Origin: Welwitschia mirabilis
Taxonomy: Eukaryota
Direction: 5' to 3'
Assembly: GCA_051453625.1 (NCBI GenBank)
Contig: JBOZIK010000001.1
Span: forward strand, 8,585,711 to 8,649,625
Length of the DNA: 63,915 bases
The position numbers and the translations under genes are program-made. Below, one piece after another: positions 53,201 to 63,915 of the stretch (position 1 is its first letter; each line of letters begins with the position of its first letter). The notes under the pieces are model-generated. The model ran no database searches, was not told the DNA's origin, and saw nothing but the letters and a program-made list of their open reading frames with translations.

Positions 53201-56200
53201 TGGATTTTTAAGAAATTTTTTAATGATTCATCTAACTAAGTACATGAAGAAGGTTGGTCAACTTTGGGAGGTAAATAATAAGAATGAGATGATGATGGAG
53301 ATTAATGAGGTGATAAGGGATCAAGATTATGAAGAACGGTGGTGGTATGAAATCAATTTTTTTTTGTTTGAAATAAGTATTTTGAAACTAAAAATTGAAA
53401 AGAGGCTGATTTATATGTAGATTGGGTTCTAAGCTTTAAAGATAATCTCTAAAGATTTTCAGAGTATTGGAAGGATCTGAAGGTTTTAAATGGTATGGAT
53501 TATTGTAATCACATTAAAGGTGGTCATCTAAATTTTCCATGGGTTGAATGTAATCTCCTATAGTTTGCTTAAGTTAGACATGATTAGCAAAATTACAANN
53601 NNNNNNNNNNNNNNNNNNNNNNNNNNNNNNNNNNNNNNNNNNNNNNNNNNNNNNNNNNNNNNNNNNNNNNNNNNNNNNNNNNNNNNNNNNNNNNNNNNCA
53701 TTAGTTTCTTCATCAATCTTAAAATATATAGTTTGGGTATTATTAATTTTACTAGCATTAATCCTTTTAGGGTTTTAAAGACTCTTACATTTATGAAATG
53801 TAAAAAGGTCGTCATATTCTTATTGGTTTGGCTTAGGTTAGTTGTTAGATTAACTAGGGTTTAAAGAAGAGAAAATTTATTATAGCATTTAAGTATGGAT
53901 TTGGTTAGTTTATTCAAGATTACTTAAAGAGAAGGAATGTTTCTTAAGAAGTTATTTCTAATCATATATAATTTGGTTTTGAATTTCTATTACTTTTCTT
54001 AATGATTCCTCCAACAAAGTACATGAAGAAGGTTGTTGTTGCTTAGATGAGTAAGGATTAAATGGTGATTAATATTGATAATGTTATAAAGAATAAGGTT
54101 TATGATGAATGGTGAAAAGCATATCAAATTCTTTTTGTTCAAAATAAGGGTTCTCAAACTCAATCTTACAAAGAGTTTGATATATATGCAGATGGGGTTC
54201 TAGGTTTTAAAATATTCTCCAAAGCTTTACCTAGTTTCGTAGTGTATTTGCATTAAAGTTAATACCTTAAAGTTTTCTTAGGTTAAATGTAATATTCTAT
54301 AGATTTTTTAGGTTGAATGTAATGTTATAATCTGCAAACATGTAGAAATCATGTCAGATCATCTTCTCTGTTATCTCTGTATAATGTATAGATGTTTTAG
54401 GTGATGTGCTTGTAGTGACAATGTCACACACACTGAAGTAGGTGAGCTATAAGGATTTGCATAGTTTCCATATATAGATTTCAAATCATGTTCCCAATTC
54501 ATGTCTATTTTTTCAAATCAATTTATAAAATTTACTATAGTATTACATTTTCATAATTTTTTAGGTTTCAAAAGGGGCCTGATATTGGACAGAATTCAAA
54601 ATATCCAAGATAAAACTAAAGAAAATTTTAGAGTTCTAAGCAAAAATACTAGTAGCATTAATTAGGTCTACTATAAATGTTATTCTTTAGAAGAAAAATT
54701 ACTCAAAAAAAGGATGAAGTTAAGTTTGGAGATATGTAAAATATTTCATGTTGTGGGGTATACAAAATGGATAACAAAAAATAAAATGATAGGTAAATGA
54801 GCTAAATTAACAAGTATGGGATTTATAATTTGAATAGAAAAATTAAAATGCAATAAAAATAGAAACTAATTATAGAAATTTAAGTCTTTTTTAAGTTTTA
54901 TATTTTCATTTTTTAATTCTCTTTTAAGGCATAACTTGTAAAAAAATCATTAGACTTACAATACAAAATATCTGATATGAAAATAATTTCTACAGTAAAT
55001 GGAAAAACTAAATAAAAATCTAAACTAAACCAATTTAGATATTATCAAAAATGAACTAGTGTCCATCACTAAAAAGACAATAAACTTAAATAAACACTTA
55101 AAAGAAAAAGAAAAGGATCAATTTAGGTATTATTAGAAAGGAACTAGTAGAAAACCCTAAAAGAAATGAAAATGAAAAAAAAAAAAAATTACAAGTAAAA
55201 CAATTTTTATATCTGCGGAAGTGACCAATACTAATCGTTATAAGTGCTAAAAAAGACCTAAAAATCTAAAATAAAACTTTTCAAGGAAGAAAAATCATGT
55301 AGCTTCTATTAAGCTATTATGCCATTATCCTTGTCAATAGTGTCAAAATATGTTTGCAAATGAACTTTGTTCTTAAACTTTGGAAGATGGAAAAATTTAA
55401 TACAACTTTTAACAACTTGTTATCACACTTTTAGAATGCATTCTTCTTGAAGAGTCATTTTATTAGAAAAAATGAGCATGCAAAATAATGCAACTACACT
55501 ATAAAGCAAAGGGAGAAAAAGTAAAATGCTAAAAGATACAAGAAGTAGAAAGGAATTCTATGCACAATTGCTAAGTAATAAGGTTCCACACATGATTACT
55601 ATATATGGAAGTAGGATAAAGAAATAAAGGATGAAAAGTTAAGAGGTAGAAATGAAGAAAAAAGTAAAAATAAAGATGTTAAAGTAAGTCTTAAAATAAT
55701 ATTATAAAATTAATAAAAACTAAGTTACAGTCTCTTTCTATGAATGATAATGACCTACCAATGATCTAAGATGATTATTAAGCATAATAAGAGGTTATGT
55801 AAAGAATCATAAGATGAACAAAGAGAAATAAATAATATGCCAGTGAGTATTAGCAATCACACTGGTTTTTTGTAATAGATGCTTATAAGTTTAGAATGAC
55901 AAATCAGTGGTAACGCAGTGGTTACAAAAGCACAAATAGTGAAGTGATGAATTCATAGAAAGGATAAAGATGAATAAAAATTTAGTAAAATTGAGTCCTT
56001 TGGGTTTTATTGATATTTTAAACTGACTCATTCCTATTGTGGCTCATGGAAGGAAAGATTTTATCACAAAAAATACGAATGTACCTTTAGGCATGCTTTC
56101 TCATAAAGATGGAAGGGTAAATGCATGTAGTGTAGAATGGTGAAATGAATGGAAATAAAAATACAACTAATTATTCTATCATGCATAATATGAATAAATG

Positions 56201-56330
56201 AGACTAAAAAACTAAAGGAATGTACTTGAAAATGTTTATTTAATTATGAATCTAATTTAAAATAAGGTAATGCATTAATAAAGCAAATACATGCTACTCA
56301 AGAGTTGTGAAATATCATAAGTACAATGTT
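50201..56330 (-). mobile_element. Probable non-autonomous LTR retroelement (LARD-like) with ~1-kb diverged LTRs and a tRNA-Asp PBS
   Basis: Direct repeats ~50201-51205 and ~55351-56330 align throughout with many substitutions, and both start tg. A decayed PBS (55328-55345) abuts the right LTR. No PR/RT/INT motifs recognised in the ~4-kb interior. Confidence 0.65.
55328..55345 (-). other. Degenerate tRNA-Asp primer-binding site
   Basis: tccttgtcaatagtgtca versus tccccggcaacggcgcca: six C>T/G>A transitions and one transversion; adjacent to the LTR start. Confidence 0.7.
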
Positions 56331-56331
56331 G

Positions 56332-57568
56332 TGATGTGAATTTATTCAATCTTTACATCCTTAGGTGAAACTTATAAATCATAATACTTACAGAAAACAC
56401 ACACTTGTATAGATAGGAGCTAATTTGGATGTCGTAATTTGTTGAAGGAACTAGGTTAGAGGTTAGAGAATTGATTTTATAAAGTATTTTAATATTTTCT
56501 CTTCGAGTAAATGAAATTAACAATAATGTAAATGCAATGCAAGATGAATAATGGTAAAATGCAATGGATGAAATGCAACTATGATGAGTTCTATTTGGAT
56601 TTTAATCCTCCTATCACAAGAATTAGTTCTTCTAACTCAGATTAATTAGGAAGAGTTTATCACTTATTCCTAACTAATATAAGCTCTAAGATATGCCAAA
56701 TAGAATGCAAATATGAAATGAAACAAAGAAAATGCAATGTAAGATCTAAACTAACAAAGTCAACCTTAACAAAGGTTGTTCTTATGATATAAATAAACTA
56801 TGGAGTTGTCACTAAACCATAATAAACTTAAACCATAAGGGACATTTACATAATAGTAGTGAAAAGAGTTTTTGAATTAATTATCACTTTAATATCCACT
56901 TACAACAAAGTAGAAGCACCTCAATGGAGGATACTCAATCCAAAACCAAGATAATCTTCACTCTATAGCTAATGGATGAATCTCTTCTCCTTTAATCTTC
57001 CATCACAATAATATTTAGTACAAAAGATGGAAATGAAAGTGAAGGAAAGGGAGGGTATATATAGTTTTACATTAAAGTTTTAAAAGAAAAACCCTAGAAG
57101 TTAGAGAAGAAACCCTAGAAATCCATAGGGTTTGAATGACTCCATTATGAAGATAGTTCTTTCTATCCATACAAAAATATGTGTCATCCTCAGTATCATG
57201 GGGATGAAAATGGAGACAATACTTGTAATCAAAAGGTATACCATTATCTTCACGCCTCATAATCAACTCCGTAGATTCAATTCATGTCAGTAGTACTATC
57301 ATCCTACCTATCGTGGAGATGATTGAGGAGATGATAAACCTCTCTATCTTCTAGCTGAAAGAGAAATCCATCTTCTACATGGTTAATTTTTCCTTCAAGA
57401 CATGAAGTATCAAAATAAGACTGAGATCCCTCCAAATATGCTAAAAATTCCATGTTTCAGTGAAGATTTTATTAATTCTCCATTATCATTAGAATTGAAT
57501 CCAAACTTGTATAAATGTTCTACAAAAGTACTCAAAATAAACCATCAAATTCCTATAAATTAGCATCA
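56332..57568 (-). repeat. Athila-like LTR, probably the 3' LTR of element D
   Basis: tgatg...catca terminal inverted motif; homologous to the LTR copies at 12780-16766; located 3' of the minus-strand pol region. Confidence 0.65.
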
Positions 57569-60500
57569 TAACATAGCCTTCTAATTATCCTTATTAGTTC
57601 CTAACAAAGTAAGAAATGAACTATATTATGAGTCAAGTTAACTAAGATAACCATCAACTAGAAAAATGTAATTTTGAGTTTAATTTTACCATGTAGAATA
57701 GACATTAGAGCCAATTAACTGACACAATACTGACAAATTCATAAGCCCCTTACTTAAGCATATTACAATAGAACAAATGAATGTCATACAAATACAAAAA
57801 AAATCATAAAATGTAATAATGATAGTTCAAAAAATGATAATGTATATGCATAATTCAAGATAGTGATATTAAAAATAATATGTAAAATTAAGTAATGATA
57901 AATCAAAGATGATGCATACAAGTTCATTAATGTATTCTACAAGGGGTGAAGTACAAACAATAATCATAACATTCTTTTCCCTTATTCAAGATGTTTTAGA
58001 TGTTCTAAAACCTAGCTATAGGAAAGCTCTATGAGTGTGCTACTATTCTCTTGATAGATAAAGTCCATGAAATTTTATTCAAGTAATATAAAATCATATC
58101 CAAATAACTCATCATAAATATGTCTCATGAAATCTCAAAAATGATNNNNNNNNNNNNNNNNNNNNNNNNNNNNNNNNNNNNNNNNNNNNNNNNNNNNNNN
58201 NNNNNNNNNNNNNNNNNNNNNNNNNNNNNNNNNNNNNNNNNNNNNATAAAATCATACCCAAATAACTCATCATAAATATGTCTCATGAAATCTCAAAAAT
58301 GATCCTTTTAAATTTAAAATTTTTGCTAAATATCTTAGAAGAAGCTCAAAAAGATGTCTTGCTCCCTTCACAGGTAAAGTAAGATGTCCTAGATTGCACT
58401 AAAGTGAAAAGGATGATTGTCATCTTGTCTCTTATAGGAATGAAAGATGTGGGACAACACTAATTAAATGAGATGTTAGAAAAGATATCAAAAATCATAA
58501 AAATTCTAAAAGTAGTCAAGCATTATAAAAGTAGTAGAAAATTAGGAAGAAGGTAAAAAGTAAAGAAGTATCCTAAAAACCATGATCATGGTAAAAGAAG
58601 ACTGATGGGAACAGGGTGTAAAAGAGNNNNNNNNNNNNNNNNNNNNNNNNNNNNNNNNNNNNNNNNNNNNNNNNNNNNNNNNNNNNNNNNNNNNNNNNNN
58701 NNNNNNNNNNNNNNNNNNNNNNNNNNNNNNNNNNNNNNNNNNNNNNNNNNNNNNNNNNNNNNNNNNNNNNNNNNNNNNNNNNNNNNNNNNNNNNNNNNNN
58801 NNNNNNNNNNNNNNNNNNNNNNNNNNNNNNNNNNNNNNNNNNNNNNNNNNNNNNNNNNNNNNNNNNNNNNNNNNNNNNNNNNNNNNNNNNNNNNNNNNNN
58901 NNNNNNNNNNNNNNNNNNNNNNNNNNNNNNNNNNNNNNNNNNNNNNNNNNNNNNNNNNNNNNNNNNNNNNNNNNNNNNNNNNNNNNNNNNNNNNNNNNNN
59001 NNNNNNNNNNNNNNNNNNNNNNNNNNNNNNNNNNNNNNNNNNNNNNNNNNNNNNNNNNNNNNNNNNNNNNNNNNNNNNNNNNNNNNNNNNNNNNNNNNNN
59101 NNNNNNNNNNNNNNNNNNNNNNNNNNNNNNNNNNNNNNNNNNNNNNNNNNNNNNNNNNNNNNNNNNNNNNNNNNNNNNNNNNNNNNNNNNNNNNNNNNNN
59201 NNNNNNNNNNNNNNNNNNNNNNNNNNNNNNNNNNNNNNNNNNNNNNNNNNNNNNNNNNNNNNNNNNNNNNNNNNNNNNNNNNNNNNNNNNNNNNNNNNNN
59301 NNNNNNNNNNNNNNNNNNNNNNNNNNNNNNNNNNNNNNNNNNNNNNNNNNNNNNNNNNNNNNNNNNNNNNNNNNNNNNNNNNNNNNNNNNNNNNNNNNNN
59401 NNNNNNNNNNNNNNNNNNNNNNNNNNNNNNNNNNNNNNNNNNNNNNNNNNNNNNNNNNNNNNNNNNNNNNNNNNNNNNNNNNNNNNNNNNNNNNNNNNNN
59501 NNNNNNNNNNNNNNNNNNNNNNTGGCAAATAATAAATGATGAGATCAAAGGCTATTTAAACATGAACCCACTAGCTCATACATCAAGACAATATCAGAGT
59601 ATAAAAAATTAGAATGATCATGTTAAAGTACTATATGCAAAATAAGTCTAGAAAATAAACAATACCTCTAATGATACCAGGGACATCACGGATCCCATAG
59701 TTTCTAAATAAAAATTATTTAATCATAATAAGGGAATGCAACCACTATCAAATGAGTAAGAACCTATACAACATCGCCAACTGACCCCCCAGTGGAGTTC
59801 CCATAGCTACCATATTGCACTGCCAAAGGCCTCTCTTAAGAAAATTTACCCTGGTGCACTTACAATAAGACATCATGATGACTATGGTTTTGGCTCAGAT
59901 ACAAAATATTATGATCATTATTTATCTTTTTTTTAAGTGATTCCACATGACCAAGTACTTGTAAAGATAAAAGTGAAGTAATGGGCTGATAAATAAGTAA
60001 GAGCATGTAAAGACAACTAGATACTCACACCAAGTACTTGTAAGGATAAAAGTGAAGTAATGGAATCATAAATAAGTAAGAGCATGTAAAGACAACTAGA
60101 TACTCACACCATCAAAAGAGAACGAAAGAGCCAAGGCATCTTCTTTCTAAATAAATTCATAGATATACGAATGTCTTAAAATTGGGTGAATCCAATTTTA
60201 TCATTTTAAAATTCTTAAGTAAAAGATTACTAATCATAATAACTTTATAAAGTAATACATAAGTGAAGTTAAAGATGTTCAAGTGATAGCATGATGTCTA
60301 CCTAAGGAATTAGTTAAGAAGAAATTTAGACAATGATAGGAGAAAGGTCCTTCTCATTGAGAGGGGCTTTCAAAAGATAATTGTTTTTATCATATTCAAG
60401 GTTTCATCAGCAGATGACTCATAAATTTTTAAACTTTGTCCACTAAATTTTTTAATTTCCCTAGTGTTTGGATTGAAAATTTCAATTAAGCCATTAGAAT

Positions 60501-63500
60501 GAACTTTTTTCTATAAGATTAGAATCTAACCATTTAGAGGTTAACTTATTTATAAAAGGTGTACTTAGATATTATATAAAAGGATAAGTTTACTATGTTT
60601 AAATTGCTTATGAATAATCTTTTTATCATGTTTGAACTTGGCTTAGGCTTTATGAATGAGTTGACAATGTATAGCACTAATATAATTTTCATCTAAATGT
60701 TCAAGTTAGACTAAGAAAGTCTTAAGATTTTCATTCAAGTTTATAATGTTAAATTGATAGGTGAATCGATAGGAGTTATAACAAACATTAACTGGCAAGA
60801 TACAAACCTTCTTATATACAAGTTTATATAGTGAAAACCCTAGATAGTTTCACCAAATTATATGGTAAGCCTAAATAATATCATTAAGTTTAGGAAACCA
60901 AGTTTTCTTATTAATATAGACTAATTTTTGGAACATATTTTTAATTTCTTTATTCACAATTTTGGCATGGTCATTAGTTTGTAAATGATAAGCACATGTA
61001 ATTCTATATTCAATTCCAATGGATAAAATACGTTTTTAAAAAATTTTATTAATAAAATGGGTTATTTTATCACTAATGATGGTTTTAAAAAAACCAAAGC
61101 GTTGAAAGATATGAGTTTGGACAAAAATTGTAAACAATTTTGGCATCATTTCTAGTAGTAGAAATAGCTTCGACTCATTTGGTAACATAATCAACAGAAA
61201 TTAGGATGTACCTTTTATCATGAGAAGGTGGTTTAATAGGACCTATAAAGTCAATCCCTAAATAATAAAAAGGTTCACATTTAAGCATAGGTTTAAGAGG
61301 CATATCTTGAAAATGAGTTAGGCTACCATGAAATCAACAAGTATTTCACCTTCTAGTAAAGTCAAAATAGTCTTTAAAAAGGGTAGGTCAATAAAAACTA
61401 GAATGAAGAATTTTCATTATAGTAATTTAGCCACTAAAGTCTTTTCTACATACCTATCCATGGTAAGTATTAAATATTTCTAAGCTTTTCCATTTAAGCA
61501 CACATTTATGCATGATTTAATATTTGCGTCTTTTATTAAAATGGGGTTCATTTCATTCATAGTCACTGATCCTATGAAGAAAATATTTTCATTAGTTATG
61601 ATTCCAATGCTAATACTTTTTTTTTATGGTAATAAGGTAGTTCGCAATATCAACATACTAGTGAGTAGAATGAGTGGAAGAGATGGCATCAAATTATGCA
61701 ATAGCAAATAGTTATTCATCTAGGAAGGAGTCATTTATGAAAAGTTTATCATGAGAACAAGAAATTCGAGATAAATGATCTGCAATGCTATTATTTTTTT
61801 CAACCTTATTAATGATGGTAAGATTAAATTATTACATGAGAAGGATTCACCTAATAAGTTTGACACTAGAATATTTCTTAATTATAAAATAGCATATGGT
61901 TACATGATCTGTGTAAACATTAATATGGAAGTTAAGAACATAGTGTCTAAGATGATGAAGACAAACGATGATGGCAAGCATTTCCATTTTAGTAGTAGTT
62001 TATTTGGATTGGGCTTTAGACAAATTTTTACTATGATAGGATATGTATTTAAAATCATTTTCATAATTTTGACCAAGAACCCCACCCACAGTAATGTTTC
62101 TTACATCACACATGAGTTTAAAATCTTTAGTTCAATTAGAATCCATGATAATAGGTTTAGAAGAAATGTTTTCCTTAAGTGTATCAAATACAAGTTAACA
62201 TGAATCATGCTAATCAAATTTTTAGCATCTTTTTTGAGTAATAAGGAAAGGAATTTATAGACCTTGGCATAATCATAAATAAAACAATGATAGAAACTAT
62301 CATAACCAAGGAATGATCTAACTTGTTTGATATTGATTGGAGGAATAAGATTTTTAATGATACCAACTTTTATGGAGTTCATCCTAATCCCTTTCTTAGA
62401 AATATGGTGATCTAAAACAATTCCATTATTAACAAGGAGAAAACACTTTTCCCATCTCAAATGTAGATAACTTTATATACATTGATCCAATACTTTCTCT
62501 AATCTCTCTATGATTTATTCCAAAGTTTCATAAAAGATGGAAAAACTATTTATAAATATTTTAATAGAATCCTCTATTATGTTAGAAAAGATCCCTATCA
62601 TTACTTGTTAAAAAGTCCTAGGGGCATTGCAAAGTTTAAAAGACATTCATCTAAAGGAAAATGTTCCAAAGGATGAGGTAAAAGTTATTTTTTCTTGATC
62701 TTCACTTGCTATGCAAACCTTATTATGATCATTATACCCATCAAGAAAATAATAGTAGGCATGACCTTGGATTTTATTAAGCACTTAATCAAGAAAGGAT
62801 AAAGGACAATCATCCTTTTAGTGACATAATTAAGTTTTCTAAAATTAATGCACATTCTCTATTTCCCACCCTTTTTTGAAACTACTATCAAAGGGCTAAT
62901 CCACTCACTATTAGATATAGCATAGATGATCTCAAAATTCATAATTTTATAAATTTCATCTTTAAATACATACTTGAGGAGTAGGTTGAGCCTTATTTGG
63001 GGTTATCTAATAGGTTTAGCATTATCTTTAAGGTCAATTTTGTGTTGGACTATGGAAAGAGGAATGAAAACTAAGTCTTTATGGATCCAAGAAAAAGCAT
63101 CTTCTTTAGATGTCATAAGGAAGATCAATTTGGATTATTTTTAAAGAGTAAGAAGATAACTTATTATGAAAGGTTTCTTCATATGTTTAAATAGAAAAAT
63201 ATATTTTAGACATTTGGACAACTCCTTCAGTTATAAGTTAGAATTTTCACTTGTTGTCTTATCTGTTGTGGGGATAATAGACATTAGATGATACTCTTCA
63301 AAAAATATTTCTATTAAATAAACATGTTAGCTTTTTCTTAGTTGAAATATTCCTCATTCTCATACTTAAGATAGTGTATTTTAGTCAGGTCATCATATAA
63401 AATTAGTTCATATAGCATTATTAATCTCTCCTCAATTAGGTGATGTTGTAAAAATAAGGTTGGTTTAAGTTCTTCTTATAAGTTAAACTTATCTCCTATT

Positions 63501-63915
63501 TCATTTTTAATTACATCAAAAAATCAAATGATAAACTTCTTATTTCCTATATGACATTCCATTATTCTATTCGTGCATCAATGATATAGTAGACAAATTC
63601 ACAAAATGCTGTTCCTAAGAATAGTGGATAATATTCATCATGTTCTATCTCAATGATGACTACATTAATGGGGTAAAAATATTCCTCTATTTGGATGACT
63701 AGGTCCTTTATAATTCCTAAGGTTTTCTTTATTGAGGTATCAACCAATTTCAAGATGACTCATGTAGGTTCTATTCTATTTTCCAACCTAAATCTTTTAC
63801 ATATGTGAAGCGGTATAATGTTTACACTAGCTTCTATATCAATTAAAGCTTTTTGAATTCTTTTGTTTCCTTCTAAGGTGACATTCATGTCTCTGAATTT
63901 AAAACACTTTTTCAT
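57569..63915 (-). mobile_element. Degenerate Athila-like retrotransposon D (PR-RT-RH-INT and 3' non-coding region; continues beyond the window)
   Basis: Protease ALIDIEASVNIIP (~63812-63850) and ORF 63562..63753; RT IIYAISNSEWISP, YYFLDGY, EDQEKITFTSSFGTFSFR*MSFKLCNAPRTF and RWEKCFLLVNNGIVLDHHISKKGI...VRSFLG (62101..62460); RNase H FKLMCDVRNITVGG (~62080-62122); integrase MPLKPMLKCEPFYYLGIDFIGPIKPPSHDKRYILISVDYVTK*VEA and HIFQRFGFFKTIISD; NKLTSKWL. The 3' region 59640-60550 is homologous to 3070-4280. Confidence 0.95.
59950..60111. repeat. 79-bp tandem duplication (two near-identical copies)
   Basis: accaagtacttgtaa.gataaaagtgaagtaatgg...gatactcac starts at 59950 and 60029, with no gap between the copies. 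Confidence 0.9.

Noticed and set aside
56327-57573. Solo LTR with a target-site duplication
   Set aside because: The flanks tgttg and taaca do not match; better explained as the 3' LTR of element D.
4435-59612. Long track ORFs consisting mostly of X (e.g. 20806..21906, 41642..42730, 58542..59612)
   Set aside because: Artefacts of N runs that lack stop codons.
61508-62203. Plus-strand ORFs (also 5946..6158, 8427..8846)
   Set aside because: Antisense shadows of minus-strand retrotransposon pol with no protein-like features.

Overview
Strongly AT-rich, CpG-poor, gap-rich land-plant nuclear DNA made up mostly of decayed transposons; I found no intact protein-coding gene, RNA gene or CRISPR array. 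It contains several degenerate minus-strand Ty3/gypsy Athila-type LTR retrotransposons (gag, protease, RT, RNase H, integrase, an extra 3' ORF, LTRs and decayed tRNA-Asp primer-binding sites), a probable non-autonomous LTR element, LINE and probable copia relics, and tandem arrays. The most interesting structure is a ~6.2 kb non-autonomous CACTA (En/Spm) element at 43291-49522 carrying intron-containing fragments of two unrelated host genes, a lipase-like alpha/beta hydrolase and a PIP5K (Pack-CACTA). A calcineurin B-like (CBL) gene fragment lies downstream of another CACTA end of the same family and may be a second such element. Decay is dominated by C>T/G>A changes, including non-CpG sites. 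Many 100-N gaps have near-identical flanks that are probably assembly overlaps. All protein assignments are manual translations compared with family motifs recalled from memory; no searches were run. I see no evidence of a wholly new biological system, and Pack-CACTA gene capture is a known phenomenon.
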